From Pirellulales bacterium (GTDB lineage Bacteria > Planctomycetota > Planctomycetia > Pirellulales > JAICIG01): a DNA stretch of 64,000 nt. Below are positions 1 through 9,744 of this stretch, piece by piece. Where the stretch lies: the NCBI GenBank assembly GCA_040901675.1, contig JBBDYJ010000014.1, forward strand, positions 101,418 to 165,417, read 5' to 3'. Each line of letters opens with the position of its first letter. Positions within the stretch are counted from its first letter, which is position 1. The notes under the pieces were generated by a model that did no database searches, was not told the DNA's origin, and was given only the letters and a program-made list of their open reading frames with translations. A program made the translations under genes and the position numbers.

Positions 1-76
1 ACCGCGCCTTGCGTGAGCTGCGGTTTACACTGCCGCGGGCAAAGGCTATCCTTCGCGCCGCTTTGGAGGCTTTTCC

Positions 77-874
77 ATGCATGCCATACGAGCGAGACGA
101 CCGATGACGGCTTGTTACGCCTTGCGGTGCGGCCTGTTGCTGGCGTGGCTCGCTGTCCCGGCGATTGCCCTGGCCGACGATTTCCGGGTGCACAACAAGA
201 TCTTCCTGGCCGGCGGCAAGCAGCCGGTGGCCGAGACGATCACAGTCTTTCGGGCCGGCCGAGTCTACGACTTTCAGCCGAAAACGCTGGAAACGACCAT
301 TTTCGACCCGTCGCAGGACCTGTTCGTGCTGTTGGACGCCGGCCGCCGGACAAAATGCGAAGTGCCGACCGCGCGGATCGCCGACTACGTTGCACGCTTG
401 AAGATCGAAGCCCGCATGCACGGCGAGCCGCTGCTCGCGTTCCTGGCCGATCCACGCTTCGACGAGTCGACCGACGCCGACTCCGGCGCACTGAAGCTTT
501 CGAGCGATTGGCTGAGCTACCGCGTGGAAACCGAGAAGGCGGCCACTTCTCAATCGGCCCTGCAGTACGGCGAGTTCGCCGACTGGTCGGCTCAACTGAA
601 CTGCCTGGCGAACCCCTCCAGCCTGCCGCCTTTTGCCAGGCTGGCGCTCAACGATGCCCTGCGCCGGCGGCAGGCGCTCCCGCTGCGATTGGAGCTCAGC
701 CTCTCCAAGCGCGCTGGCGGCCGGCCCGCACTGACGCGCCGCAGCCAGCATACCGTGCAATGGGGGCTGTCGCAGGAAGATCATCGCCGCATGGACGAGG
801 CGGCCGATCAACTGGCCACCTTCACAACCGTAGGCCTCGACCAGTATCTGCGCCGATCGCCGGAAATGCCCTAG
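77..874 (+). CDS. Exported hypothetical protein
   Basis: GGAGG at 65-69 before the ATG; hydrophobic N-terminus ending in ALA-DD (signal peptide-like); coding-like composition; family not recognised. Confidence 0.75.
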   Translation: MHAIRARRPMTACYALRCGLLLAWLAVPAIALADDFRVHNKIFLAGGKQPVAETITVFRAGRVYDFQPKTLETTIFDPSQDLFVLLDAGRRTKCEVPTARIADYVARLKIEARMHGEPLLAFLADPRFDESTDADSGALKLSSDWLSYRVETEKAATSQSALQYGEFADWSAQLNCLANPSSLPPFARLALNDALRRRQALPLRLELSLSKRAGGRPALTRRSQHTVQWGLSQEDHRRMDEAADQLATFTTVGLDQYLRRSPEMP

Positions 875-927
875 AGCGAGCGCTTTGGGCCAGGTGCACG
901 GGCCACAGCGACCCGTGTACGAGGCCA

Positions 928-1128
928 TCAAGCCTGGACATCGGCCGGCGGTTGCTGGGGCGGTGAAGGCGCGGTGGGCGCGGAGCCGAGTTCGTCGCGC
1001 AGCACGACGATATGCGGCGGCGCCTCGATGCCCAATCGCACCTTGTCGCCCGACAGGCGGACCACGGTGACCACGATCGAATCGCCCAGCCTGATTCGTT
1101 CGTTTTCCTTGCGGGAGAGTACCAACAT
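928..1128 (-). CDS. csrA: Carbon storage regulator CsrA/RsmA
   Basis: MLVLSRKENERIRLGDSIVVTVVRLSGDKVRLGIEAP is the CsrA signature; ATG at 1128 preceded by GGAGGTGA. Confidence 0.95.
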   Translation of the reverse strand: MLVLSRKENERIRLGDSIVVTVVRLSGDKVRLGIEAPPHIVVLRDELGSAPTAPSPPQQPPADVQA

Positions 1129-1154
1129 CAGCTCACCTCCGTGCGGAATGATAG

Positions 1155-1170
1155 TGTATAAATGTATACA
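1155..1170. promoter_or_regulatory. Candidate operator palindrome upstream of csrA
   Basis: TGTATA-AATG-TATACA perfect 6-4-6 inverted repeat, also containing TGTATACA; AT-rich in a GC-rich background, about 27 bp from the csrA start. Confidence 0.45.
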
Positions 1171-1210
1171 AACGAAGGTCGCCGTAGTCAACAGGTCAAT
1201 GGCGAGCAAC

Positions 1211-1240
1211 GGGGGGACAACTTTGCCCCAGCCACCCGGC
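1211..1240. repeat. Partial copy of intergenic repeat family A
   Basis: CTTTGCCCCAGCCACCCGGC at 1221-1240 recurs at about 11688-11707, with variants at about 27119-27140 and, reverse-complemented, about 35815-35850. Confidence 0.7.
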
Positions 1241-1272
1241 GGCACTCCCACTTTCACCCAACTGGCGTCCGC

Positions 1273-1566
1273 TCAAGCAGCCAGCTTGAAGGCGGGCGAG
1301 ATGGGCAAGCGGGTCTTGCGAAAGCGTTCTCCGCTGGAACTGTAAAAAAGCACGGTGTTGTGCTGGGCCTCCCAGATGGCGGAGAACTTTACCGCGCGAG
1401 GACCATGCAGGCAGAAAAAGATGCCGCACGGTTTACTGCCGCGCAGCAGGACGCGTTCAGTCATTCGAAAAGCCCCAGCTTCGAGCTGGTCGTACTCGCA
1501 TAAGGTCTCGGTCACATAGTGTCTTAAGTCATCCAGCGATTGAATCTGCCGTTCGCTCGTCGGCAT
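1273..1566 (-). CDS. Small hypothetical protein
   Basis: Globular-looking ORF MPTSERQIQSLDDLRHYV...CGIFFCLHGPRAVKFSAIWE; ATG at 1566 with a purine-rich upstream sequence. Confidence 0.75.
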   Translation of the reverse strand: MPTSERQIQSLDDLRHYVTETLCEYDQLEAGAFRMTERVLLRGSKPCGIFFCLHGPRAVKFSAIWEAQHNTVLFYSSSGERFRKTRLPISPAFKLAA

Positions 1567-1722
1567 GAGGGGTCGATTCTCCTTTAGCTGTTGTGCCGAG
1601 GGCCGCGGGAGAAGCGGCCTTTGGCGCAGAAAGAGAAGGATACGTTGAGTGCGGGCCATGGATACTATCGGCAGCATGGATAGTTTACTTGGCCCTTAGA
1701 TTTGGGGAGAATTGGGTAAAGA

Positions 1723-2703
1723 TCAGCGGTCTTCCGCGGCATATTCCTTGAATGCTCCCGCCAGATTTGCCGCCTCGGCATCGCCTTTGTGAAACAAGAA
1801 GCGATACCGCAAGTAAATCGATTCTCCGGCGGCGACTGTGTGGACGCCTTTCACGTCGGCCGATCCGGTGAAGTCGTGCAGCCCGAACGGATTGGCGGCG
1901 AACAGCCCGTACTCTCGGACATGCCAGGTCGTGGGATAGCGGAAGCTCGAAGGATGATTGAAGATGGCCACGCCAACCACCTCGCCCGCGACCGGTCCAT
2001 GGTAATCGACCCAGGCGGCCGGCTTGCCCCAGGCCTCTTTGTCGGTGAGACCTTCGCTGGTGACGATGCGGCCGCCCAGGCGGCTGTCGACGTCCATGAC
2101 GGTGGGAAGCCGAATTCCCATAGTGCCTTCCTTGGTATCGCCGAACGTCACCGGTCCGTCGGAAGCGATCAGCACGATATCGAAGTCGATCGTGCGCGTG
2201 TCGCCGTCGCCGCGGAACGTCAGCGTCCGCTCATCCTGGCAGTGCCGTTTACCGTCGGGTCCCAGCCAATCGTTGCGGGTGCGGATGACTGCTTTGCCGC
2301 CATCGGCGGAAACCTCCAAGTAGCCGCGGTGCACGATCGAACCGTGAGGCGGGTTCTCGCTCCAGAAGTCCACGCCGTTCACATCGCCGTGGGTGAACCA
2401 GAGTGAGCGCTGGTGGACGTGGTCTTTCTTTTCGCCGGCCACGTCGGCCATCGGGTACGCGCGGGTCATTTCGACCCCCGTGGGACCGATCACGGGCCAC
2501 AAGATGGGCTTGGGAGCGGTTCGAGTGAGATAGTCGGTGAACAAGTTGCCGTCGATCTCGACTCGCACGCCGCCGTCATGTTCTTTCACCGCCAGTTCGG
2601 CTGCCATGCTGGAAATTCCGGAGCAAAGCACTGCGACGGCGAACAGAGGCCATACCGGCATCCCCAGGTGCAGGGCGGTCGTCGACGGGCGTAAGCAGAT
2701 CAT
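1723..2703 (-). CDS. DUF6807 / 'PmoA-family' exported protein
   Basis: KPILWPVIGPTG..MTRAYPM, DHVHQRSLWFTHGDVNGVDFW, FGDTKEG and WHVREYGLFAANPFG motifs; signal-like N-terminus. Start uncertain (2703 or 2661). Confidence 0.85.
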   Translation of the reverse strand: MICLRPSTTALHLGMPVWPLFAVAVLCSGISSMAAELAVKEHDGGVRVEIDGNLFTDYLTRTAPKPILWPVIGPTGVEMTRAYPMADVAGEKKDHVHQRSLWFTHGDVNGVDFWSENPPHGSIVHRGYLEVSADGGKAVIRTRNDWLGPDGKRHCQDERTLTFRGDGDTRTIDFDIVLIASDGPVTFGDTKEGTMGIRLPTVMDVDSRLGGRIVTSEGLTDKEAWGKPAAWVDYHGPVAGEVVGVAIFNHPSSFRYPTTWHVREYGLFAANPFGLHDFTGSADVKGVHTVAAGESIYLRYRFLFHKGDAEAANLAGAFKEYAAEDR

Positions 2704-2891
2704 CGTTGGCGTTCTCCTCATGCGGTAAAGACACGAGGTCGGCCTTGCAAGGCCGACCCCCAGGGTGGACCGGCGTGCCAATCGTACCCGGGGCCGGAGC
2801 GATTCGCCACCGGGAGCCACCCGGCGGGGGGAGCGGCGAGGGCGAACGCATCAACAAATCTATATGTTTTGTTAAATCTTTGCCAAACTCT

Positions 2892-2920
2892 TTGACAAAG
2901 ACCCCCGGCCCGGATAATCT
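2892..2920 (+). promoter_or_regulatory. Candidate sigma70 promoter for the DUF1501 operon
   Basis: TTGACA (2892-2897), 17 bp spacer, TAATCT (2915-2920), with an AT-rich upstream tract. Confidence 0.55.
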
Positions 2921-3178
2921 CGGTTACGAGAGAACGGAGGATTACGACGGAACTGGGGCCTCGCCTGGCCAGGTTCCTCCCCGCCACACCGCATGCGCGC
3001 CAGATGGCCCTCCGCATGCTGCCTCACCTACAACGCCAGCGACTGGCGACTCGCCTTTTAAGCCACCGGGCTTGCTGTGAACCGCCTCCCGTGCAGTTTG
3101 GACGGGGGGCGACGGACCGTGAACCGATCTGAACAAGATCAATGGATTCGGACCCAGACACCCACGGAGAAGTTTGAG

Positions 3179-4480
3179 ATGAGGACCCTTGCGATACGCC
3201 GACGCGGCTTTTTGACGGTTGGGGCGTTGGCCGGTACCGGCATTTCACTGGCCGACTTCTTCCAGATGCAGGAGCTCAGGGCCCAGCAGAAGCACTACGA
3301 CTTCCTGGAAGCCAAGGCCCAGAGCGTGATCCACATCTTTCTTCCAGGCGGCATGGCCCACCAGGAGACATTCGATCCCAAGCCCTACGCACCGCTGGAG
3401 TACCGCGGTGAGCTGAACTCGATCGCCACGAAAATCCCGGGCGCCCAGTTCTCCGAGCTGCTGCCCCGCCTGGCCGACGTGGCGGACAAGATGACGGTGA
3501 TCCGCTCGATGTCGCACGGCGAAGCGGCCCACGAGCGGGGCACGCACAACATGTTCACCGGCTATAAGCCGAGCCCCGCCCTGATCTTCCCCAGCATGGG
3601 GAGCGTGGTGAGCCATGAGTACGGCCCCCGCAACAACCTGCCGCCGTACGTCTGCATTCCCAACCAGCCCAACGAGTTCGCCGGGACCGGTTACCTCAGC
3701 TCGTCGTTCGCTCCCTTCAGCCTGGGATCGGATCCGGCCGCCGGCGGTTTCCGCGTGCTCGACCTGAACATGGCGGGCGGCGTCGATGAGGCGCGGTTCA
3801 ACCGCCGCCGCACCGCCTTGGAAGCGGTGAACGAGTACTTCTCCAAGAAGGAGAAGTCCGATTCGCTCACGGCCATGGACAGCTTCTACGATCGGGCCTA
3901 CAGCCTGGTCAGCTCGCAGGCGGCGCGGGAAGCCTTCAACATCGATGCAGAGTCGCCGGGTATCCGCGACGAATACGGCCGCAACGAAGCCGGGCAGCGG
4001 ATGCTGATGGCCCGCCGGCTCGTGGCCGCCGGCGTGCGATTCGTGTCGCTGACCTACGGCGGCTGGGACATGCACACCAGCATCTCGGCCGGCATGCGGT
4101 CGCAACTGCCGGCCTTCGACCAGGCCTTGTCGACCTTGATCAACGACCTGGACCGCAACGGCCTGTTGGACCAGACGCTGGTGATGGTTTCGTCGGAGTT
4201 CGGCCGGACGCCCAAGGTGAACGGCACGGCGGGCCGCGATCACTGGCCCAAGGTGTTCAGCGTGGTGCTGGCGGGCGGCGGGACCAAGCGCGGCTCGATC
4301 TTCGGCGCTTCGAACTCCACGGCCAGCGAGCCGGAGGATGACGAGATCGGCCCGGAGGACCTGGCCACGACCGTGTACCACCAGTTGGGCATCGTCGCCG
4401 ACAAGGAGTTGATGGCCCCCGGCGACAGGCCGATTGAAATCGTGAATGGCGGCCAGGTCCGCAAGAACCTGCTGGCCTGA
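3179..4480 (+). CDS. DUF1501 domain protein (Tat-like signal)
   Basis: IRRRGFL twin-arginine-like motif; FLPGGMAHQETFDPKP, LMARRLVAAGVRFV, GGWDMH, SEFGRTPKVN, GRDHWP motifs. Confidence 0.93.
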   Translation: MRTLAIRRRGFLTVGALAGTGISLADFFQMQELRAQQKHYDFLEAKAQSVIHIFLPGGMAHQETFDPKPYAPLEYRGELNSIATKIPGAQFSELLPRLADVADKMTVIRSMSHGEAAHERGTHNMFTGYKPSPALIFPSMGSVVSHEYGPRNNLPPYVCIPNQPNEFAGTGYLSSSFAPFSLGSDPAAGGFRVLDLNMAGGVDEARFNRRRTALEAVNEYFSKKEKSDSLTAMDSFYDRAYSLVSSQAAREAFNIDAESPGIRDEYGRNEAGQRMLMARRLVAAGVRFVSLTYGGWDMHTSISAGMRSQLPAFDQALSTLINDLDRNGLLDQTLVMVSSEFGRTPKVNGTAGRDHWPKVFSVVLAGGGTKRGSIFGASNSTASEPEDDEIGPEDLATTVYHQLGIVADKELMAPGDRPIEIVNGGQVRKNLLA

Positions 4481-4535
4481 CGCACTGCTCGCCTGAGGCA
4501 CTGCTCGCCTGAGGCACTGCTGGCCTGAGGCACTG
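4469..4535 (+). repeat. 16-bp tandem repeat, about 4 copies
   Basis: Unit CTGCTSGCCTGASGCA; the first unit contains the DUF1501 stop codon. Confidence 0.9.
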
Positions 4536-4643
4536 GGTGAATCGAAGATGCCCGGGCGAATCAACCGGCGGGCCGATGGTCGGCTCGCACTTGCCATCGG
4601 GAGAATTCGAACGTCGAAGCGCACCGAAGGAAAGAGGCATTCC

Positions 4644-7169
4644 ATGCACCGCTTTTGGAGTCCGCTTGTCTGCGGACCGGCTGCCGCGGGTAAAAAGGCG
4701 AGCAGGATCGCCACGGCCGCGGCCTGTGTCTTGCTGATCGGCGCCGCGCCGGCTGTGTTGCTCTTTGGCGCCGCGCCGGCATTGGCGGCCAGTCCGAGCC
4801 TGGGTTCGATCACCCCTTATGGGGCCCAACGCGGTACGGAGGTCGAGGTCAACTTCAACGGCGGTAATCTGGGGGACGCCGAGGAGATCCTCTTGTACTA
4901 CCCCGGCATCTCGGTCGGTCACTTCGAAGCGGCCGGCGACGGAGCGGTCAAGACCAAGCTGAACATCGCCGCCGACTGCCGGCTGGGCATTCATGCGATG
5001 CGGGTCCGCACGGCGACGGGCATCACCAACTTGCGGACCTTCAGCGTAGGCGCCTTGCCCGAGATTCAGGAGATCGAGCCTAACAGCGAGTTTTCTGCGC
5101 CTCAGCAAATCAGTCTCGATACGACGGTGAACGGCGTGGTCGAGAACGAAGACGTCGATTTCTTCCGGGTCGAGGCCAAGAAGGGGGAGCGGATCACCGC
5201 CGAGATCGAAGGCATCCGCCTGGGCAATACCTTCTTCGATCCATACGTAGCCATTCTGGACCGCGACCGCTTCGAGCTGGCCGCCTGCGACGATGCCGCG
5301 CTGGTCTGGCAGGACGGCGTGGCGTCGATCATTGCGCCCGAGGACGGCAGTTACATCGTCCAGGTCCGCGAAAGTGCCTTCGGCGGCAACGGCGGCTGCA
5401 CGTATCGCCTGCACGTGGGCCGCTTTCCACGGCCCACGGCCACGGTCCCCTCCGGAGGCAGGCCGGGAGAGACGATTCCCGTGCGCTGGCTGGGAGACCT
5501 GGCGGGCGAGTGGACGGAGCAGGTGACGATCCCGACCGAGCGGCAACCGCTGTTCGGGCTGTTTGCCCGCGACGACCGTGGGATCTCGCCTTCGCCCAAC
5601 GCCTTTGTCATCAGCGATCTGGGCAACGTGCTCGAGGTCGAACCCAACGAGGCGGCCGACGCGGCCACGCCGTTCGAAGCGCCCATGGCCCTGTCCGGCG
5701 TCATTCAGCAGCCGGGCGATGTCGACACCTTCAAGTTCACCGCCAAGCAGAACCAGGTGTTCGACGTGCGGGTGATGGCCCGCCAGATCCGCTCGCAACT
5801 CGATCCGGTGCTCAACATCAATCGCTTGGACGGCTCAGGGGTGGCCGGCAACGACGATAGCGGCGGACCCGACAGCTATGTTCGGTTCACCGCGCCGGCG
5901 GACGACACCTACCTGCTGTCGGTCCGCGATCACCTGGGACAGGGCCGCGGCGATTATGCCTACCGGGTCGAAATCGTGCCGGTCAAACCGCGGCTGACCA
6001 TGGGTCTGCCGGAGCGGCAGCAGTACGTCGATGTGACGGTGGGGGTGCCGCAAGGCAATCGCACGGCCTTCCTGGTCAGTGCCAGCCGGGCTGATTTCGG
6101 CGGCGAACTGGCGATCGACATGCGCGGCCTGCCGCCCGGGGTGACGTTCGAGGCGATCAATATGCCGGCGAACCAGTCGATCGTGCCCGTGCTGTTCACG
6201 GCGGCCCCGGATGCGCCGACTTCGGGCACCCTGGTCGACGTGGTGGGCCGGCACGTCGATCCCAACCAGAACATCGAAGGCCGCCTGGAGCAGACGACCG
6301 GGTTGGCGCGGGGACAAAACAACATCCTGGTCTGGGGGCACACGGCCGACCGCATGGCCACGGCGGTGACCGCCGAGGCGCCGTTTGCCATTGAGGTCGT
6401 GCAGCCCAAGGTGCCGCTGGTGCGCGACGGCTCGATGGGCTTGAAGGTGGTGGCCACGCGGAAGGAAGGTTTCACCGCGCCGATCTCGGTGCGGATGCTG
6501 TACAACCCGCCGGGCGTCGGCTCGTCGGGCGACGTTTCGATCGCGGAAGGCCAGACCGAGGCGGTCATTCCACTGACCGCCAACAGCGGAGCCGAGGTCA
6601 AGCTCTGGAAGATCGCAATCATGGGCGAGGCCACGGTCGGAAACGGGCGGGTGCTGGTTTCGTCGCAACTGGCCGACCTGGAAATCACCGAGCCGTTCCT
6701 GGGCTTTGCCTTCAATGCCGCGGCGGTCGAGCAGGGGAAAGAGACCGAAGTGGTGATCGGCGTGACGGCCAACCGGCCCTTCGAAGGCGCCGCCCAGGTG
6801 GAGTTGCTGGGACTGCCTCACGAGGTGACCACCGAAGCACGCGAGTTGACCGCGGATGCCAAGGAGCTGGTGTTCAAGGTCAAGACGACGGGCAACTCGC
6901 CGGCCGGCCGCCACAAGACGCTGCTCTGCCGGGCGGTGGTCATGGCCAACGGCGAGCCGGTCACGCACACGCTGGGCTCGGGCGAGTTGCGAATCGACAC
7001 GCCCCTGCCGCCCAAAGCCAACGAACCGCCACCAATGCCGATGCCCACACCGATGCCGGCGGCCGAGGAAAAACCGCCCGAAAAACGGCTCACCCGCTTG
7101 GAACAGTTGCGGCTGGACCGCGAGAAGGCCCTCAAGGCGGCCGCGGAGAGTAAACCCGAAACCGAGTGA
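4644..7169 (+). CDS. PPC-domain-containing exported protein of the DUF1501/PSD1 module
   Basis: AAAGAGG before ATG; signal peptide; repeated EIEPN/EVEPN, DVDFFR/DVDTFKF and 'DDSGGPDS' pre-peptidase C-terminal-like motifs. Confidence 0.85.
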   Translation: MHRFWSPLVCGPAAAGKKASRIATAAACVLLIGAAPAVLLFGAAPALAASPSLGSITPYGAQRGTEVEVNFNGGNLGDAEEILLYYPGISVGHFEAAGDGAVKTKLNIAADCRLGIHAMRVRTATGITNLRTFSVGALPEIQEIEPNSEFSAPQQISLDTTVNGVVENEDVDFFRVEAKKGERITAEIEGIRLGNTFFDPYVAILDRDRFELAACDDAALVWQDGVASIIAPEDGSYIVQVRESAFGGNGGCTYRLHVGRFPRPTATVPSGGRPGETIPVRWLGDLAGEWTEQVTIPTERQPLFGLFARDDRGISPSPNAFVISDLGNVLEVEPNEAADAATPFEAPMALSGVIQQPGDVDTFKFTAKQNQVFDVRVMARQIRSQLDPVLNINRLDGSGVAGNDDSGGPDSYVRFTAPADDTYLLSVRDHLGQGRGDYAYRVEIVPVKPRLTMGLPERQQYVDVTVGVPQGNRTAFLVSASRADFGGELAIDMRGLPPGVTFEAINMPANQSIVPVLFTAAPDAPTSGTLVDVVGRHVDPNQNIEGRLEQTTGLARGQNNILVWGHTADRMATAVTAEAPFAIEVVQPKVPLVRDGSMGLKVVATRKEGFTAPISVRMLYNPPGVGSSGDVSIAEGQTEAVIPLTANSGAEVKLWKIAIMGEATVGNGRVLVSSQLADLEITEPFLGFAFNAAAVEQGKETEVVIGVTANRPFEGAAQVELLGLPHEVTTEARELTADAKELVFKVKTTGNSPAGRHKTLLCRAVVMANGEPVTHTLGSGELRIDTPLPPKANEPPPMPMPTPMPAAEEKPPEKRLTRLEQLRLDREKALKAAAESKPETE

Positions 7170-7254
7170 TTCGATTGCGGCGGGCTGCTTTCGCCCGGCG
7201 CGTGCGGCGGACGGCAAGCTCCGCCAAGCAAAGCGAACATCCATCAGGAGGCGC

Positions 7255-9714
7255 ATGGTGAAGACCTATCGGAGAATCGCTCTGGCCCTGTGGCTGGCGG
7301 CATCGCCATGGTTTGGCTTGGGAGGGGAGGCGAGCGCCTGGCAAGAGCCGGCGCCGGCGGCAATCACCAAGGTCGAGGTGTTTCCGCCCGATTTGGAATT
7401 GAGCACCAGCCGCGACCGGCAGCGGTTTGTCGTGGTGGCCACGCGGGCCGACGGCGTCACACTCGACGTGACGCCGCAGTCGCAGGCCAAGCTGGCCGAC
7501 CCGTCGCTGGCACGGATCGACGCCTTCACGGTGTATCCGCAGGCCGATGGCGCAACCTCGTTGGAAGTCAGCTACGAAGGCCACGTCGTGCAGGCGCCGC
7601 TGACGGTCAAGCAGGCGGCCGTCGACCGGCCCATCAGCTTCAAGCTCGACGTGATGCCCGTGTTCATGCGGGCCGGCTGCAATACGGGGAGTTGCCACGG
7701 GGCGGCCCGAGGCAAAGACGGCTTTCGGCTGTCGTTGTTCGGGTTCGACCCGGTGGGCGACCACTTTCGCCTGACGCGCGAGCTGGGTTATAGGAGGATC
7801 AACCTGGCGCTGCCCCAGGAAAGCGTGATGATGGAAAAGGCCGACGGCAGCGTTCCCCACACCGGCGGCAAGCGATTCGATCGCGACAGCGAATACTACA
7901 ACACGCTCCTGCGGTGGTTGGAGGCCGGCGCGCCCTTGGACGCGGGCGAAACGCCCAAAGTGCTGGCCGTCGACCTGTACCCCAAGCAGATCGTGCTGGA
8001 AGGCGAGGGGGCCACGCAGCAGATGGTGGCCCGGGCCAGGTACGCCGACGGCACCGACCGCGACGTCACCAACCTGGCGGTGTTCTTGTCGAACAACGAC
8101 AACTCGGCCGCCATCTCGCCCGACGGCCTGGTGACCGCGGCGGCCCGGGGCGAGGCCTTTGTGATGGCCCGCTTCGAGACGCACACCGTGGGCAGCCAGG
8201 TGCTGGCGCTGCCCAAGGGTCTGGACTACACGCCTCCGGCCGAAACGCCCGTGAATTACGTCGACGAGCTGGTGAATGCCAAGCTGCGGAAGCTGAGGAT
8301 TCTGCCCAGCGAGATCTGCGGCGACGAGGTGTTCCTGCGCCGCGCGACGATCGACATCAGTGGCCTGTTGCCCACCGAGCAGGAGTACCACGAGTTCATG
8401 GCCGACGCGGACCCGCAAAAGCGCTCGAAGCTGATCGACCGCCTCCTGGAGCGCAAGGAGTTCTCCGAGATATGGGCCATGAAGTGGGCCGAGCTGCTCA
8501 CCGTCAAGTCGTCGAACCAGGTCAGTTACAAGTCGATGTTCCTGTATTCCAACTGGCTGACCGGGCAGATCTCCAACAACGTGCCCTTGAACAAGATGGT
8601 GCAGGAGGTGCTGGGGGCCACCGGGGGCACGTTCAAGAACCCGGCCACCAACTACTACCAGATTGAAACCGACACGCTGAAGGTCTCGGAGAACGTGGCC
8701 CAGGTGTTCATGGGCATCCGGACCCAATGCGCCCAGTGCCACAACCATCCGTTCGACCGCTGGACGATGGACGACTACTACAGCTTCGCGGCCTTCTTTT
8801 CCCAGATAGGGCGGAAGACGGGGGAGGACTACCGGGAGACGATCGTCTTCAATTCGGGCGGGGGCGAGGTGGCCCACCCGGTCGGCGGCCGCGTGATGCC
8901 GCCCAAGTTCCTGGGCGGGCCGGCGCCTGACGTGGCGGGCAAGGACCGCCGCAAGGTGCTGGCCGAATGGCTGGCCTCGCCTGAGAACCCGTATTTCGCC
9001 ACGAGCGTGGCCAACCGGGTATGGGACCACTTTTTCGGCATCGGCATCATCCAGCCGGTGGACGACGTCCGCATCAGCAATCCGGCCAGCAACCCGGAGC
9101 TGTTCCAGGCGTTAGGCGACCGCTTCACCCAGTACAACTACGATTTCAAGCAGCTCGTCCGCGACATTTGCAATTCGCAGACGTACCAGCGCTCGACCCA
9201 GCGCAACGCCAGCAACGAGAGCGACGAGCTGAACTTCGCCCATTCGCGGATTCGCCGCATCCGGGCAGAGAACCTGCTCGACTCGATCACGCAGGTCACC
9301 GAGACCAAGGACAAGTTCCAGGGGCTGCCGCTGGGGTCGCGAGCGGTCCAGATCGCCGACGGGGGCACCAGCACCTATTTTCTGACCACGTTCGGCCGGT
9401 CGACCCGCAACACGGTTTGCTCGTGCGAGGTGAAGACGGAACCGAACTTGTCGCAATCGCTGCACATGATCAACGGCGACACGGTGGAGGGGAAGATCCA
9501 GGCCGGCGGCCTGGTCCAGCGCATGCTCTCCGAGGGGAAGACGCCCGACCAGGTGATCGAGTCGTTGTACATCCGCACGCTTTGCCGGCAGCCGACCGCG
9601 GAAGAATTGACCGCGCTGAAGGCGGCCGTGGCCGACGAGCCCGACCCCAAGCGGGCCCTGGACGACGTCTTCTGGGCATTGTTGAACTCTCGCGAGTTCG
9701 TCTTCAACCACTAA
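7255..9714 (+). CDS. DUF1549/DUF1553 (PSD1) protein with Ig-like (Big_2) domains
   Basis: AGGAGG RBS; GCNTGSCHG, FLRRATIDISG, QCAQCHNHPFDRW, NPYFA...VANRVW and WALLNSREFVFNH motifs. Confidence 0.93.
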   Translation: MVKTYRRIALALWLAASPWFGLGGEASAWQEPAPAAITKVEVFPPDLELSTSRDRQRFVVVATRADGVTLDVTPQSQAKLADPSLARIDAFTVYPQADGATSLEVSYEGHVVQAPLTVKQAAVDRPISFKLDVMPVFMRAGCNTGSCHGAARGKDGFRLSLFGFDPVGDHFRLTRELGYRRINLALPQESVMMEKADGSVPHTGGKRFDRDSEYYNTLLRWLEAGAPLDAGETPKVLAVDLYPKQIVLEGEGATQQMVARARYADGTDRDVTNLAVFLSNNDNSAAISPDGLVTAAARGEAFVMARFETHTVGSQVLALPKGLDYTPPAETPVNYVDELVNAKLRKLRILPSEICGDEVFLRRATIDISGLLPTEQEYHEFMADADPQKRSKLIDRLLERKEFSEIWAMKWAELLTVKSSNQVSYKSMFLYSNWLTGQISNNVPLNKMVQEVLGATGGTFKNPATNYYQIETDTLKVSENVAQVFMGIRTQCAQCHNHPFDRWTMDDYYSFAAFFSQIGRKTGEDYRETIVFNSGGGEVAHPVGGRVMPPKFLGGPAPDVAGKDRRKVLAEWLASPENPYFATSVANRVWDHFFGIGIIQPVDDVRISNPASNPELFQALGDRFTQYNYDFKQLVRDICNSQTYQRSTQRNASNESDELNFAHSRIRRIRAENLLDSITQVTETKDKFQGLPLGSRAVQIADGGTSTYFLTTFGRSTRNTVCSCEVKTEPNLSQSLHMINGDTVEGKIQAGGLVQRMLSEGKTPDQVIESLYIRTLCRQPTAEELTALKAAVADEPDPKRALDDVFWALLNSREFVFNH

Positions 9715-9744
9715 AACCGAAAACCAGTTTGCTTCTTCCGATTC

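Noticed and set aside
1723..2703. Particulate methane monooxygenase
   Set aside because: Soluble DUF6807-type protein; the PmoA label for this family is misleading, and no pmoB/pmoC are present.
6856..7254. Extended starts in the ORF track (also 14901-15251, 33062-33214, 44362-44427)
   Set aside because: They overlap upstream genes or leaders; better starts lie downstream.
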